Assembly: GCA_016748015.1 (NCBI GenBank)
Contig: JAAOMT010000134.1
Span: 254,757 to 318,756, forward strand
Length of the DNA stretch: 64,000 bases
Source of the DNA: Geosiphon pyriformis uo1
Taxonomy: Eukaryota; Fungi; Glomeromycota
Direction: 5' to 3'
Of this stretch, positions 1-13,400 are shown piece by piece. Within the stretch, counting starts at the first letter, position 1, and each line of letters starts with the position of its first letter. Both the position numbers and the translations under genes were made by a program. The notes beneath the pieces are model-generated. The model was not told the DNA's origin, ran no database searches, and saw only the letters and a program-made list of their open reading frames with translations.

Positions 1-1258
1 AAATCTATTACTCACTTTCAAAAAAACCAGCAAAAAAGGTTTAATATCTAAAAATGAATCAATAGTAAAAAAAACCAAAGATATTTTACAAAAAACAGAC
101 TTATCAGCAATTTGGCCCAAGTTTTTTTTACCAAATAAGACTGGTTAAGCAATTGGTACCTGGTTCTTTTTATATATATTTTCCAAGCAAATTTTATTTT
201 AAGAATTAATTACTCTTTTAATGTGACTACCCAAATTTTTACTTTTTAAATAAGTATTAGAAACATAACCAAATTGTTTACACTAAGCACACAAGCCAAA
301 AAAAGACCAGTTCAATACAAATTTACACTTTTAAAAACTGAAATAGAGCCAATTGCAGTCTTTTTTAATGCTTTATCAACAAAACAAATCACAACATATT
401 TATTACAAACATAAAAAACTAGATTATGGCCAATAGAATAAGTTTTTTACTATATAATTTCAACAAACCAGAAAGATTATGAACAGTAATACTAATTGAC
501 AAAATATATAGTAAAATCTGATGTAGATTTTTAGATACTTACATTTGTTTATTATCAACAGTTTTAGCCACATAAACAGAATTATTTTTTATAAAACTGA
601 TCATTTAATTGTAACCAAATTAGCAATATTAACAGATTTAAATTCAATTAAGACTTTTTATCAAAAACCAATAAGCTGTATTTTGATTAATACAACTTTA
701 CTGAATTTGGAAAAAACTAATTTTACAGCTAATTTGAAAAGATTAACTGAAATTTTTTTAATTATTATTTCTCAATCTGAACATCTGTTTATCTTCTTAA
801 TATTATTGTTTACCAAAAAATTTTTATAGATTGTTATCTTCTTAGTTTCTTTTAAACTTAATTTTGATGTAAAAGTTGATTTAATAATCTTTGGAAATTT
901 TAAAAGAATTAATGCTTTCTCAAAATCATCAACATAATAAAATTTTTTTTTCACATTTAATAACTTATTACCAGTAGATTTTTCAAATATAGCAAATAAC
1001 TTAATATTAAGTGCAAAAAATTTTGTCAAATTAAAACTCTGTTTTTTTAAGGCACATGACTCAGTTGGTAACAAACAATTAAATTCAGAGAACTTAAAAG
1101 CTGGAAGTATCAGAATTTTGTTATTATTGTTGTTTAGATTGTCAAAAAAATTTTCTTAGACTGGCTGTCTAAAACATAAGTCCTAATATATGTCTTTTTA
1201 AATATAACTTTGTTTATTGTGTTGTCTATTTCTAAAGCATTCGAATTAACATAGCTGG
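1..1258 (-). mobile_element. Decayed LINE ORF1 fragment (runs off the left edge of the window)
   Basis: ORF 772-1074(-) 'KQSFNLTKFFALNIKLF..GNKLL..KFPKIIKSTFTS' is homologous to LINE ORF1 at 40219-40560 and 62580-62800; many stops. Confidence 0.8.
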
Positions 1259-2084
1259 TATTACTTATAGAAATTAGAAATTATAATAATAAGTAAAATA
1301 ACCAATCAAAAATAAGCATAGTAAAAAAAAAAATTTCAGGATTCCAGAATTCCAAAATTTTAGGATTCTTTTTAAAAAAATTGAAAAATTTCAAAAAATC
1401 TCATATAACATAAATTATATATATATAGTAAGAATATTAGAAACAAAAAAAATATTTAAGACTCAGACAAAATAGTAGTTAGCAATCATTACTTATTTTA
1501 TACCTTTTCCTTTAAAAGATAGTTTTCAATAACTTAAAGCAAAATTACATTAATATTATTAAAATATTTTATTATCATTCAATTCATGTTATTGTTGCTT
1601 GATTAAAAATATTAATAATTTCTCTATTATTAACAATTTATGTTAATAAACTTCAATACTTAATTATACTAAGCTAATAGCTCTTAATTATGACTATTAA
1701 CAAAATACTAATTTTTTATTTTATTTTATTTTATTTTATTTTTTTATTTTGTTTTGTTTTGTTTCTTTGTTGTTTATTAATTAATTAAAAAAATTAAACA
1801 CTGAGTATTTGACATCAAAAATAGCTTAATAAAAAACCTGGGAACAAAAGTAAAAATTTAAGAATAGCTTACTAAAAGAATATGACTGTTAAAATAAACT
1901 GACCACTATGCTAAAAAAAAAATTCACAAAAAAACTATTAATTGAATTTTTGTCTATTATACAAAAAACTTAACAAAAACTTTCAAACTTCAAAATTTTT
2001 AAAAATTATTAATATTAACAGTTATTAAGCACCAAATTATGGATTTGTTATTTGTTTTAACACTTTAAATAATTATTTGTAATA
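1259..2084 (+). repeat. 5' LTR of element A
   Basis: Starts TATTAC (decayed TGTTAC), ends TGTAATA (decayed TGTAACA); collinear with 39363-40158 and 44009-44821. Confidence 0.88.
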
Positions 2085-2086
2085 TT

Positions 2087-2103
2087 TGGTGCTCTTTGTA
2101 AGG
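2087..2103 (+). promoter_or_regulatory. Primer-binding site of A
   Basis: TGGTGCTCTTTGTAAGG 2 nt after the LTR; the same motif follows the 5' LTR of C, D and E. Confidence 0.8.
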
Positions 2104-2149
2104 TATAATTTAACAGAGAATCAATACCAATATCAATTATCCAGAAAAG

Positions 2150-5100
2150 TAACAAATCAAAAAATTATAAAAAAAAAATTATTTGGAATTTATGAAATTT
2201 TTATTTTAACATTATCAAACTTATTTCAGACTAAAAAATAACTATTGGTTAACAGAATCAGCTTTTAGTTTCTATATCAATAAAAAAATTAAATTTTATT
2301 TAAGAAACCAAGAAAATCCAGAAGCTGCCTTTAGTAATTTTTACAGTAAACTATTACAAAGTATTACACTTTTACCAAATCATCTGTTTGTATTATTAAT
2401 CACAGAAATAAACAGAAAAATTAAAAAATACACTCAATAAAGATTTTTTATTACCTTTGCAAACAAAGAAAAATTACAAACTTTAGCAAAAACACCAAAA
2501 AAAATACAATCACCTATTTGGAATAAACCAAAAGTTATTTTATTTATTTATTTGTCATATTATTATACACTAGGAAGTACAATCTACATATCATTCAGAT
2601 TAATATTACTATCAACTACAAAAACACTATTATCTAGAGTACTGTTTCAAAATAATCAAAAGAAAGCCAAATTATTAAGAATCTATGACAATTTTTTTAA
2701 AAGATTTAAATCATAATTAACAATACTATCAGGACTTTAATTACTGCCATCTTAACCAAATTTCAGATCTATTAGTCATTAGAAAAATACTGAATTAGAA
2801 GAAAAAGAAGACAGAAATCAGAAAAATAATAATCAAAACCTAATCTTAATTAATCTGGAAATTATAACTCTGATTGTTTAAACTTAGCTAAATTTAAACA
2901 ATTCAAATCTCATTTTTATTTTTTAGCAAAACTTGTCTCCAGTTATTATAATTAATCTACCAGTTGTACCAATTACTGCACAACAACTTTAACAACAATT
3001 GCAACAACAACAATTTGTATCAATAGCATATGTATCTATTGCCAAATTTAAGAAATTTACCAGCAAAAAGGACAATATTTAAGCATAGCTAAACAATATA
3101 GCAAAAGCCATTACAGCCAATAGATAAGATAATACTAGAGCCCTTCAAGCTATTTTTTATTTCTTATAGAACACAATCAACTCATAGTATTAGAATTTTG
3201 TAAACAAATTTCAAGATTTTAATGCATTCAAAACTGCATTTTTATGGTATTTTAGCAATAATAATAGCATTAATTGCTTGTTAACTAGTTTTACTACAAT
3301 TAAACAAGATAATATTAAAGCAGTCACTACTTACTTGAAATGTTTTTTCAGAAATCTGTGCCAAATTTAAGCAATTAACACTGACTATTTTACAATATTA
3401 CAGATTTTAAATTAATTTATTTATAGATTATACAGCAATTTGTTATAATAAGTATGTCCAATACACTTAAATATTTTTTAAGGTATAGTTATACACATCC
3501 AAGATTTTAAATTGGCCAAACTTAAAGCCAATTATGCTCAAGTCATAAATTTAATGATAAATAAATTATCTAAATTAAATACCAAATTAAAGCAATTTGG
3601 CAAAGTTATTAATTACAAAATTAAGGAATATTTAGCTAATAATCAAACCATTTATTAGTCTCTACAATATTGTAACAATTAAAAAAACTTTAATTGTTTC
3701 CAAAATTTATTGCATTTATTACATTTATTATTGTCTTCATCAAATCAACTATAATAATAAAAAATACATAATTGTCATTATTGTAGTAAACAAAGTCATT
3801 TAAAAGCAAATTGTTATTTCAGATTTAATAATCAACAATTGAAAAATTAATATTGAAACTCTAATTACAGGTTTCAAACTTAGAACTATACCAACAATTT
3901 GTTATTAAAATCATATTTATATTAGTTTTATTACATCTCAATAATACAACAACCAATATATTTATCTTTAGTATATTAAATTCTAGTATTGGTAATATAT
4001 TAGCTACAGTCATAAATAATTTATTAACCCCAATTAATTCAAATACTGCCACAAAACTTAGCTTAAATAACAATTAGAAACCAAAAACTAAGAATTATAT
4101 ACACACAACAAAGCTGAAGATTGGCAATCGTTATGTACTAATTAATTTCTAATTCTTTAAACCAGCCATTAAAATCATGCCAGTGAAGTTTGAGAAGTGG
4201 ATACATTCAAAATCTAAATTTTTAAAACTATTTAAGCCTTTTGATTATCCCAGAAAACAACTTATCCAACAACTTAGAAACCAATTTAATACCACTTACC
4301 AACAATATTTTACTAGCAACAATTATTAAAGATGAGTTATTTACAGTTATTTTTTTTTTAAATTAGAAGAATTAGTAATGACACCTCTATTTAGTAGAGC
4401 AATTCTCAATACTAAACCAATTACTGCAATATACACAGATGCCAAAGTTAATGGCCAATCTATCAAACTAATTTTTGATAGTGGATTAGCAAACAGTATG
4501 ATCACATAACAACTTATAAACCAATTAGATTGTCAAGTTGATTGTGCTGTTAGCATCAAAATAATTATAGTTAATAAAACAACCAAGCTTTTTATTAACA
4601 AAATTGATAACTTTCTATTTGAAGTCAATAGCATTATGGGATTAATCAAAGTTCAAGTTATAAAAGCCACGTAATATTAAGCTTTTATTAATAATAACTG
4701 GCTGTTTAAGACCAATACTATATTCAACTAGACTATATAAAAGCTATAGCTTAGTCAAAATAGTCAGCAAACTTAGGTACCAGCTATCTGTGACCACTTC
4801 AAAACAAATATTATTACTTAATTACTATTAATTAAGTTCAAAGAAGAAGAAAAAAACCTATTTAAAAAGCCTATTAAGTTTTATAGGCTGAAAATAAATA
4901 CAATAAACTGTTATCAATACTTTCTTGAAACAACAAAGAAAAAAAAAGAGAAAGAAGACTCTTAAAATACCACCATTACTAAAGAAACAGCCAATAATTG
5001 GCATATATTCTACTTATTAAAACAAAAAAAAGAACCATCTTATATTTATCTTAAATACATCAATTATAAGAAGAAGCTTTTCTCTATAAAAGCTTAGATA

Positions 5101-8100
5101 TTATTTGAAAAAGACTACTAAACATATACTCACTATTATTGCAAACTGTGCTACAAAGAATATTATGAATATTTAAAATAACAAAAAAAGTAAAACAACA
5201 AACCATGTTTCACTTGTAGAGAAATTTTACTTGACAAAAAAATATAGAATAACATTTCTGAATAAGGAAAAACATATAATATATTATGCTAATACACAAT
5301 TCTTATAAGTAATTAGGTGAGCTAAAAAACATTTTTTAATGCTGTATAGAACTAAATACTCTCATACTTAGATGGTTATCTATACAATAAAAACAAAATC
5401 TGGCAAATAACAAGTATCAAAATTAAAGATGCTTTACTTAGTAAAATATTTCTCATCAAAAATAATTCACCAAAACCTATCAAAACTGTTTTTATTCCCA
5501 ATTCAGACATTTTTGTTAATATTTTGAGCAATTTAAAACAATTCTATGAACATTACCAAGATTTAACATTTACTAAAGAAAAGCAAAAGCAATATTTAGA
5601 ACAATTAAATACAAAACTTTATAAACATTGTCTAATTTTCAGTGACTTTAAATATTGTGACAATTGTAATCTCATCTACAATTCATTACTATACATAATT
5701 TATTTAATTTCTGAAGAAAAAAAACCAATTAGCAAGTGCACTTTAGAATTAAAATCAAAATTCAATTGCAATTTAGACTTTAATAATAACAACAATAACA
5801 GTTTTAATACTGTTCACTATGACAACAACAACAATAACAATTCAAACTCCAACAAAAATTCCAATATATTATACTCCCAAATCTCTCAAAAAAGCAGAAA
5901 CTTAAATAGTTCAGCAATAATAAAGAAAATATTATGTTAGAACACATGCATAATACTAATGCAGAGTTTGATTTTAGATATTTAAAAAAAACTGTCATTA
6001 TATTGGAATCTTATTTGTACACTAGTATAGATCTAAAAATAGCACTGGAAATTCCAGCAACAATAATAGTCCAATTAACATCTAGATCTAGTTTAGTAAA
6101 AAAAGAAATTAATATTAGAAAAAAAATAATTAATGCAAAATATATAAAAAATATTATTGCAATACTACAAAATAACTCAAAAAAAGGATATACTATTAAA
6201 CTAAATAAAAAAATAGCATAGACAATATTTCTGTCTTTGGTTAAAATAGTTCAATTAGTATTAATAAGACTTAGAAAAAAGTTAAAAATTACAATAAGAA
6301 AGATAAAAATATTCAGATCTATAAATAAAGTAGAAATACCAGTTAATATGATAGAAAAAAAATAATTAATAAGAGAAAAATTATTTCTATTAATCAATCA
6401 ATTTTTATTTTACCATATAATTAACATATGTTAACTATAGAAAAGAAAGTAAAGGATTAATTCCAAATTTTTGAAATAGAACCAAATATTTATAAGTTAG
6501 AAAAAATTGGTATTACCAATTTTTACATACTAGTCAAAAACCACAAACACATTAAGATCTCAATACATAACACAACTAAAAACCTTATAGAAATATTAAG
6601 TAAAACTATTATTAGATATTTAAACACTGAAGTTGAAAACCAATTACCAACTACTATTTTAGACTTTCCACAATTGTATAAATATATAGATATTATATTA
6701 CAAACAATTTACAAATAAAAAGAGTGTTATTTGCTATAATCAAAACAGTTAAAGCAAATAAACTTAAAAAATTTAGACTCATTTTAATATATGCAGCTTA
6801 AGATGCTACTTAACAATTTCATTAACATCTTTGCCAGTAAAAACAAATTTAGCAGAACTGATATTCAATATTAAATTAAAACTGAAAATATGATGTCAAT
6901 TAAACAAAAAATATATAGAGTACTACTTGCTAGTTATGAGATTATTTGACAAGAAATTAATCAAATATTAGACAACAAATTAATTCAATTATTAATAAGT
7001 CTATAATTATTACTAGTAGTACTTATCCAGAAGAAAAATGAGAAAATCTGCTTTTGTGTAAATTATAGAAAACTCAATAGTATTATTTATTAAAACAAGA
7101 GTTATTTAATGCTTTTGAAGAGAAAAAATAGTTTTTAACATTAAACTTAGATAGTAATTATTAATAAGTAGTCATAAATTCAGTTAACAAAAAAAAATAG
7201 CATTTACTTCTAGAGAAAAGAATTTTGAATTTGACATTATATCATTCAGTTTAACCAATACTTTAGCAATCTTCTAATGATTCATGGAAATTGTTTACAC
7301 TAGATTATTATAGAAATCCATAGTGGTCTACTTAAATAACACTAATGTGTTTTTTAAAACATTTAATGACTATTTCTACTATCTTAAACAAGTGTTTTAA
7401 AGATTAAGAAAAGCTAAATTAAAGTTGAATGCTATTAAGTATTTCTTTAGAAAAACTAAACTCAAGTTTTTAGAACATGTTGTAAGCAAAAATGGCATAA
7501 AAACAGATCCAGACAAGATTGAGATAGTTAAAAATTTTTTAATACCAACAAATTTTACAGAATTAAAAACATTCTTAAGATTAGCTAGATACTATTACCA
7601 CTTTATTCAAAACTTTTCCAAACTGGCTCAACCACTTTACCAGCTTTAAGCAAAAAATATTAAATATAAATAAACTGAAACCCAACAAAAAACTTTTGAC
7701 ATTTTGAGAAAAAAACTTATTTAAGCTTTAATACTAATCTATTCAGATTATAGCAAGCCATTTATCATTATCACTGATGTATCTGGTCAAACATTGGGAG
7801 CTGTATTGTTACAAAAAAAAGCTGATAGATAAGAACATTCAATAATATATGTCAGCCAAAGTTTAAGTCCAGTTGAAAAGAACCATAAAATTCTAGTATT
7901 AAAACATTTAGTTATTTATTGGGCTGTTATCAAATGGAAAGAATATTTAAATCAAAAGTTTGATGTATATACTAATCACAAAGAATTGACATTAATCCAG
8001 AAGCAAAAATTTGGAAACAATCACTATACAAGATGGAAAATAAAACTATTATTATTTAATTATACTATATATTATATATATAAAAAATGTAAATACTGAC

Positions 8101-8127
8101 AGTTTGTTGCAAATAAGACAAATTTAG
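2150..8127 (+). pseudogene. A gag-protease-Cys-rich domain-dUTPase-RT-RNase H polyprotein (heavily disrupted)
   Basis: CHYC knuckle ~3775, 'LIFDSG' protease ~4470, 'AEFDF..SRSSL' dUTPase 5934-6221, 'KFLEHVV' RT 7425-7649, 'TDVSG' RNase H ~7775. Confidence 0.85.
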
Positions 8128-8157
8128 AAACATTTCAATCCAAAAATATAACAAAAA

Positions 8158-9220
8158 ATGAATATACAAAAATATCAACAACTTCAATATTATATTAATA
8201 TTCAATAGTTCAAGGAAAAATTATCTCAGAAAAAACAAAACAACATAAAACAACAATCAAAATACTTTATTATTTACTAAAATATACTATATTAAAAAAA
8301 CAGAAAATATCTAAACCAGCCACTTAGAATAATTACAGAACCAAAAAAAAAACAATACTGTTTAACATATACTTAAATCCAACAGCAAAATATTTTCATA
8401 AAGAAGCAACCATAGAAAGAACCAGAAAAAAATATTACTGGTTATTAATATATCTAAATATCATTTAATAAGTTTAAAATTGTAATATTTATTAGAAAAA
8501 AGAAGAAACAAGACCTAATGAACCACTAAGACCAATCAAAATAAAATAATTATTTGATCAAATTAAAATTGACTTAGTTAAATCATTAATTATTACTCAC
8601 AAAAACAATTAATATATAGTAGTAGCCATGAACTATTTCACAAAATGGCCAAAAGTAAAAGCAATTTAAAGAGCAGATGCAAAATTCATAGCCAAATTCA
8701 TCTATTAAAATTTGATTTGTTAATATAAATGTCCAAAAAAATTGTTATTGGATCAGAGAACTCACTTTGTAAACAGACTATTAACAGAATTAAGTTAAAG
8801 ATTTGGAATTAAAAATTTATTATTATCATTATATTATCCATAAACAAATGACTTAATCAAAAAGTTCAACAGAATATTGTGTGAAATAATAAATAAGATC
8901 AGCCAAAAAAACTAAAATAAATAAAATTTGTTTATACCATTAGTATTATTTGCTTATTAAATAATAAAGCAAGATATTATTTAAGCAATATCATTTTAAT
9001 TAATATATCATAAAACAGCAATATTATTAGTTAAAATAAATATTAATATATATCCAACTGAACCAATAACAAAAACCAACTTCTAAAAAATATTGCCAAG
9101 AAGAACATATAACTTAATAAAAACCTTAGAAAACAAAAAATAAAAAGCAACTGATAATATCCAAAAGTCACAAACAAAACAAAAAAAACAACATAATAAC
9201 CAATTATTAAATAAAGCAGT
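8158..9220 (+). pseudogene. A integrase, N-terminal part (own ATG at 8158)
   Basis: Collinear with the integrase ORFs of C, D and E (NYFTKWP, DQRTHF); cut by the B insertion. Confidence 0.8.
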
Positions 9221-9630
9221 TGTTACAAATGATTATTTGGGGTCTCAAAACAAATAACAAACCATAATTTGGTGCTCAATTGATATAATAATGTTGATAA
9301 TATCTAAAGATTGTTTGTATCTAAAGATTTTGGTTGAGTTTTTTATATAATAGACAGAGATTCAATAGTTGTTTTTTAGTAGCCTTCTGGAATTACAATT
9401 CTGTCAATTTTTTTCTTGGCTTGATGGCCAGCAATTCTTTAGTAAGCAATCCATATTCTTTATGTGTTTTATCTACTTATAAGGGTCTTTTACCAGGCAA
9501 TCTTTGACATCAATAATTCAGCACTTAATTTTTAATCAATTAGTCAACAACAAAATAAAATAAAATAAAATAAAGAAAATAAAGACATAAAAAAAATAAA
9601 ATAAGAAATGAGTGTTCTGTCAATAGCTAT

Positions 9631-10421
9631 TGTTACTTATAGAATATAGGAAGTATATTAGCATATAAATTAGCCAATTAAAAGTAACCATAGTAAAATG
9701 TGGAATTCCAGAATTCTTCTCAGAGGAATTGTAAGATTTCAAGAATTTCAGGATTTTCATACAAAAAATTGCAGAATTTCTGGTGTAAAAAATTGAAGAA
9801 TTAAGAAATCTCAATTATGTATATATAGCAGTAGTGTTAAAAGTAAAAAAGACAGACCTCTCAGTTTAGATTTAATCTAAGCAATCTTTCTATTCACAAA
9901 AATATCAATAAATAATTATTTGCTATTTCAATTTACTATTCACTATCAACACTTCATATTGATAATAATTGATACTTAATCACACTGGAACAATAGCTCT
10001 TGATCACAGCTATTAACGGAATACTAACTATTATTGCCTTGGCTTATTTCTTATTTCTTATTTCTTGGATTTTATTTCTTTTTTTTGTTATTATTTACTA
10101 ATTAATTAAAAAATTAAGTGCTGGAATACAGACATCATAGGAACTGGTAAAAGACCTATGAAACAAGAGTAGAACACTCATAGATTTGAGAATAGCTTAT
10201 CAAGAGGATTACCAGCCATCATGCTAAGAAAAAAATTTGATGGAATTGCAATTCTGGGAGGCTATGGAAACAACTATTAAATCTCTATCCATTATACAAA
10301 AAACTTCACAATAAAATTTTCAGATCAACAAAACCTTCAGATACCAATGCCAAAATATCAATTAAGAACCAAGTTACAGGTTTGTTATTTGATTTGAGAT
10401 TCCAAATAATTACTTATAACA
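9631..10421 (+). repeat. 5' LTR of C
   Basis: TGTTAC...TATAACA; GAATTCCAG-type U3 repeats; TATATATA at ~9820. Confidence 0.92.
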
Positions 10422-10481
10422 TTTGATGCTTCTTGTGAGGTATATCCTACAGAGAACCAGTACCAACAACAATCATCCAAA

Positions 10482-13400
10482 AGTGGCAGAATCAGAAATC
10501 ATAAGAGCAAACTATTTAAGATTTGCCAAATTCTTGTTTCAATAGTACAGCCAACAATTAAGATTAAACAATAACCATTTCTCAGCAGAATTAGTCTTTA
10601 ACTTCTATGTCAATAATAAAATCACAGACTGCTTAGAAAGAACCATTAACATTGAATCTGCAAAAAAAATTTTTATACAGAATTGTTTCAACATATTAGC
10701 TTACCAAGAAACTACAGTTTTGTACCAATTATCAAGGAAATCAACCAAACCATTAAAAAGTACATCCAACAACAATTTCTCATTACCTAGGTAAACAAAA
10801 GCAAGGGAAAATTGCAAACACCAGTGGTAACACCAAAACAGATACAACCACCCACTTGAAAGAAAACCAGAGTTGAATCACCAACCAATCCATCATACCA
10901 TTATACACCAGGAAGTGCCATCAATATTTTCTCAGCAGATATGTTCACATCAAATGCAACATTAACCTTTGGACAATTTCCATTTCAGAGTAAACAAAAA
11001 AAATCAGAGTTATTAGGACCATACAGCAAATATTTTGAAGGATTTAAATCATGATTACCAATGCCATCAGAATTCCAATCATTACTATCTTAACCAAATT
11101 TTGGAAATGCAAGTTCATGAAAAATAATAGCATCTGAAAAAAAGAAAGAAGAGAATCAAGAATTTGATTATCAAAATCTGATCACAGAAAATCTGGAAGT
11201 TGAAACCCTGATTATTCAAACCCAGCAAACTCTGAATAATCTGAACTCCAAGCTAATTAATCAGAAAAACTTACCTTCAGAAATTGTCATCAATCAGCAA
11301 CCAATTGATCCAATTGCTAAACAACTTCAACAGCTGCCAATACCACTTCAACCACTACTCCTTTAACCACCACAACAACCAAACATGGATCCAATGGCCT
11401 ATGCTCCAATAGCAAAACTCAAAAAATTTACAGGCAAAGAGAATGACACACAAATGTGGCTGAATGACATAGAAAAAGCCATTACAACCAATAGATGGAA
11501 TAATGTCAGGACACTTCAAGCCATCCTTTATTTCTTACAGGATACCACCAACTTATGGTATCAAAGTTTAGCCGCCAAACCTTAAACATTTCAGGAATTT
11601 AAAATTGTATTCTTGGGATATTTCAGTAATAATAACAGTATTAATTGTCTAGCCAATACCTTTATCACAATCAAACAGAGAGAAATTAAAGTAGTTACAA
11701 CTTACTTGAGATGTTTTCATAGGAACTTGCACCAAATTCAAGCAATTCAAGCTGACTATTTTACAGCACCACAGATTCTAAACCAGTTCATCTATAGACT
11801 GTGCAGTAGTATCTTCCAATACATATATCCAATGCATCCACAAATCCTTTAAGATGCAGTTACCAATGCACAGAATTTTGAATCTGTCAAACTTGAAGCT
11901 AACCACACTCAAGCTGTCAATCTAGTGATGAACAGATCATTTGAATTAGATTCTAAGTTAAAACAATTTAGTGATTCTATTGACAAAAAATTAGAAGAAT
12001 ATTTAGCTAACAATTAGGCAGTTTATCAATCTCTACAATGACACAATAATCAAGAAAACATGAATTGTTTCCAGAATTAGTCATGTTTATTATTCTCAAC
12101 CAATCAACAGTGGCAGCAAAAGATGTGTGCTTGCCACTACTGTGGTAAACAAAGACATTTGAGAGTCAATTGTAGATTAAAAATAGAAAACCAACAATCA
12201 GAAAACCAATATCAAAACCCCAATTGCAGGTTTCAAGCTCCAAATCAATACTCAAATCAGGATCAACACTCACCTCATTACACCCAAATGATACAACAAC
12301 CAATTTATCAACCATCTGTATATCAAGCTTCAATTTATTAGTCGACAACACCCATCATATATCAATTACAGTTCCAACTTATCTATCAGCCACAGCCCCA
12401 AGTAATCTATTAATCTCAACAAATTCAAACACCACCACAAAACTTACTTCAAAATGAAACCTAAAAACTAAAACTAACACAACAAAGCTGAAGATTGTTG
12501 ATGGTAGTCTATCAACCAATTTCCAGTCTCTTAACCCAGCCATCAGAATCTCAACAATAGAATTCGAGCATTGGGTACACCCAAAACCCAAATGCCCAAC
12601 ACTATTTAAGTCTCCTGGTTATCTCAGAAGATGTTTTATTCAATAATGTGAAAACCAACCAAACATAACCACTTACTATCAACAACATTCTACCAGCCAT
12701 TGTTATGAAAGATAAGTTACTCACAGCTATATTTCCCTTTGAAATAGAAGAACCATCAGAAACTTCTTTGTTTAGTGGAGCTGCACTTAAAGAAAAACCT
12801 ATTATGGCAATGTACACTAATATCAAAATTGATAGTCATTTCATCAAACTGATCCTAGATAGTGGATTAGCTGGCAGTATTATCACAAGACAGCTCATAG
12901 ACCAATTAGGTTACTGAGTTAATCGAGCTGTCAGTGCAAAAATAATTACAGCTGATGGAACCACCAAGACTTCAATTGGTGAAATAGATAATTTACTCAT
13001 TGAAGTCAATGGCATCATCATACCAATTAAGGTATTAATCATGGAAGCCACCCAATACCAAGCACTTATTGGCAATAACTGGCTGTTCAAAACCAATGTG
13101 ATGCTCAATTGGAACACCCAAAAGCTCTAGCTTAGCCAAAATGGTCAATATACACATGTGCCAGTCATATGTAGTCACTTCAAATCCATTACCACACCAT
13201 CAGCACCCCTTATCAAGTTTGACAACAAAAAAAAAACCTACCTGAGAAGCATACCAAATCTCCTGGACCAATAATGACTATAATAAGCTGCCACCAATTC
13301 TAGACTGAGAAAAAAAAGACAAAAAAAAAAAGAAAAAAAAGGAAGAAAACATATCTGAAAAGAACATGGACAATACAGAAACTAGTGATTAGGGAAGTTT

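Noticed and set aside
12560-12640. gag-pol frameshift site
   Set aside because: Manual translation of C shows Gag continuing in frame into 'HYLSLLV' and protease once deamination-type stops are ignored.
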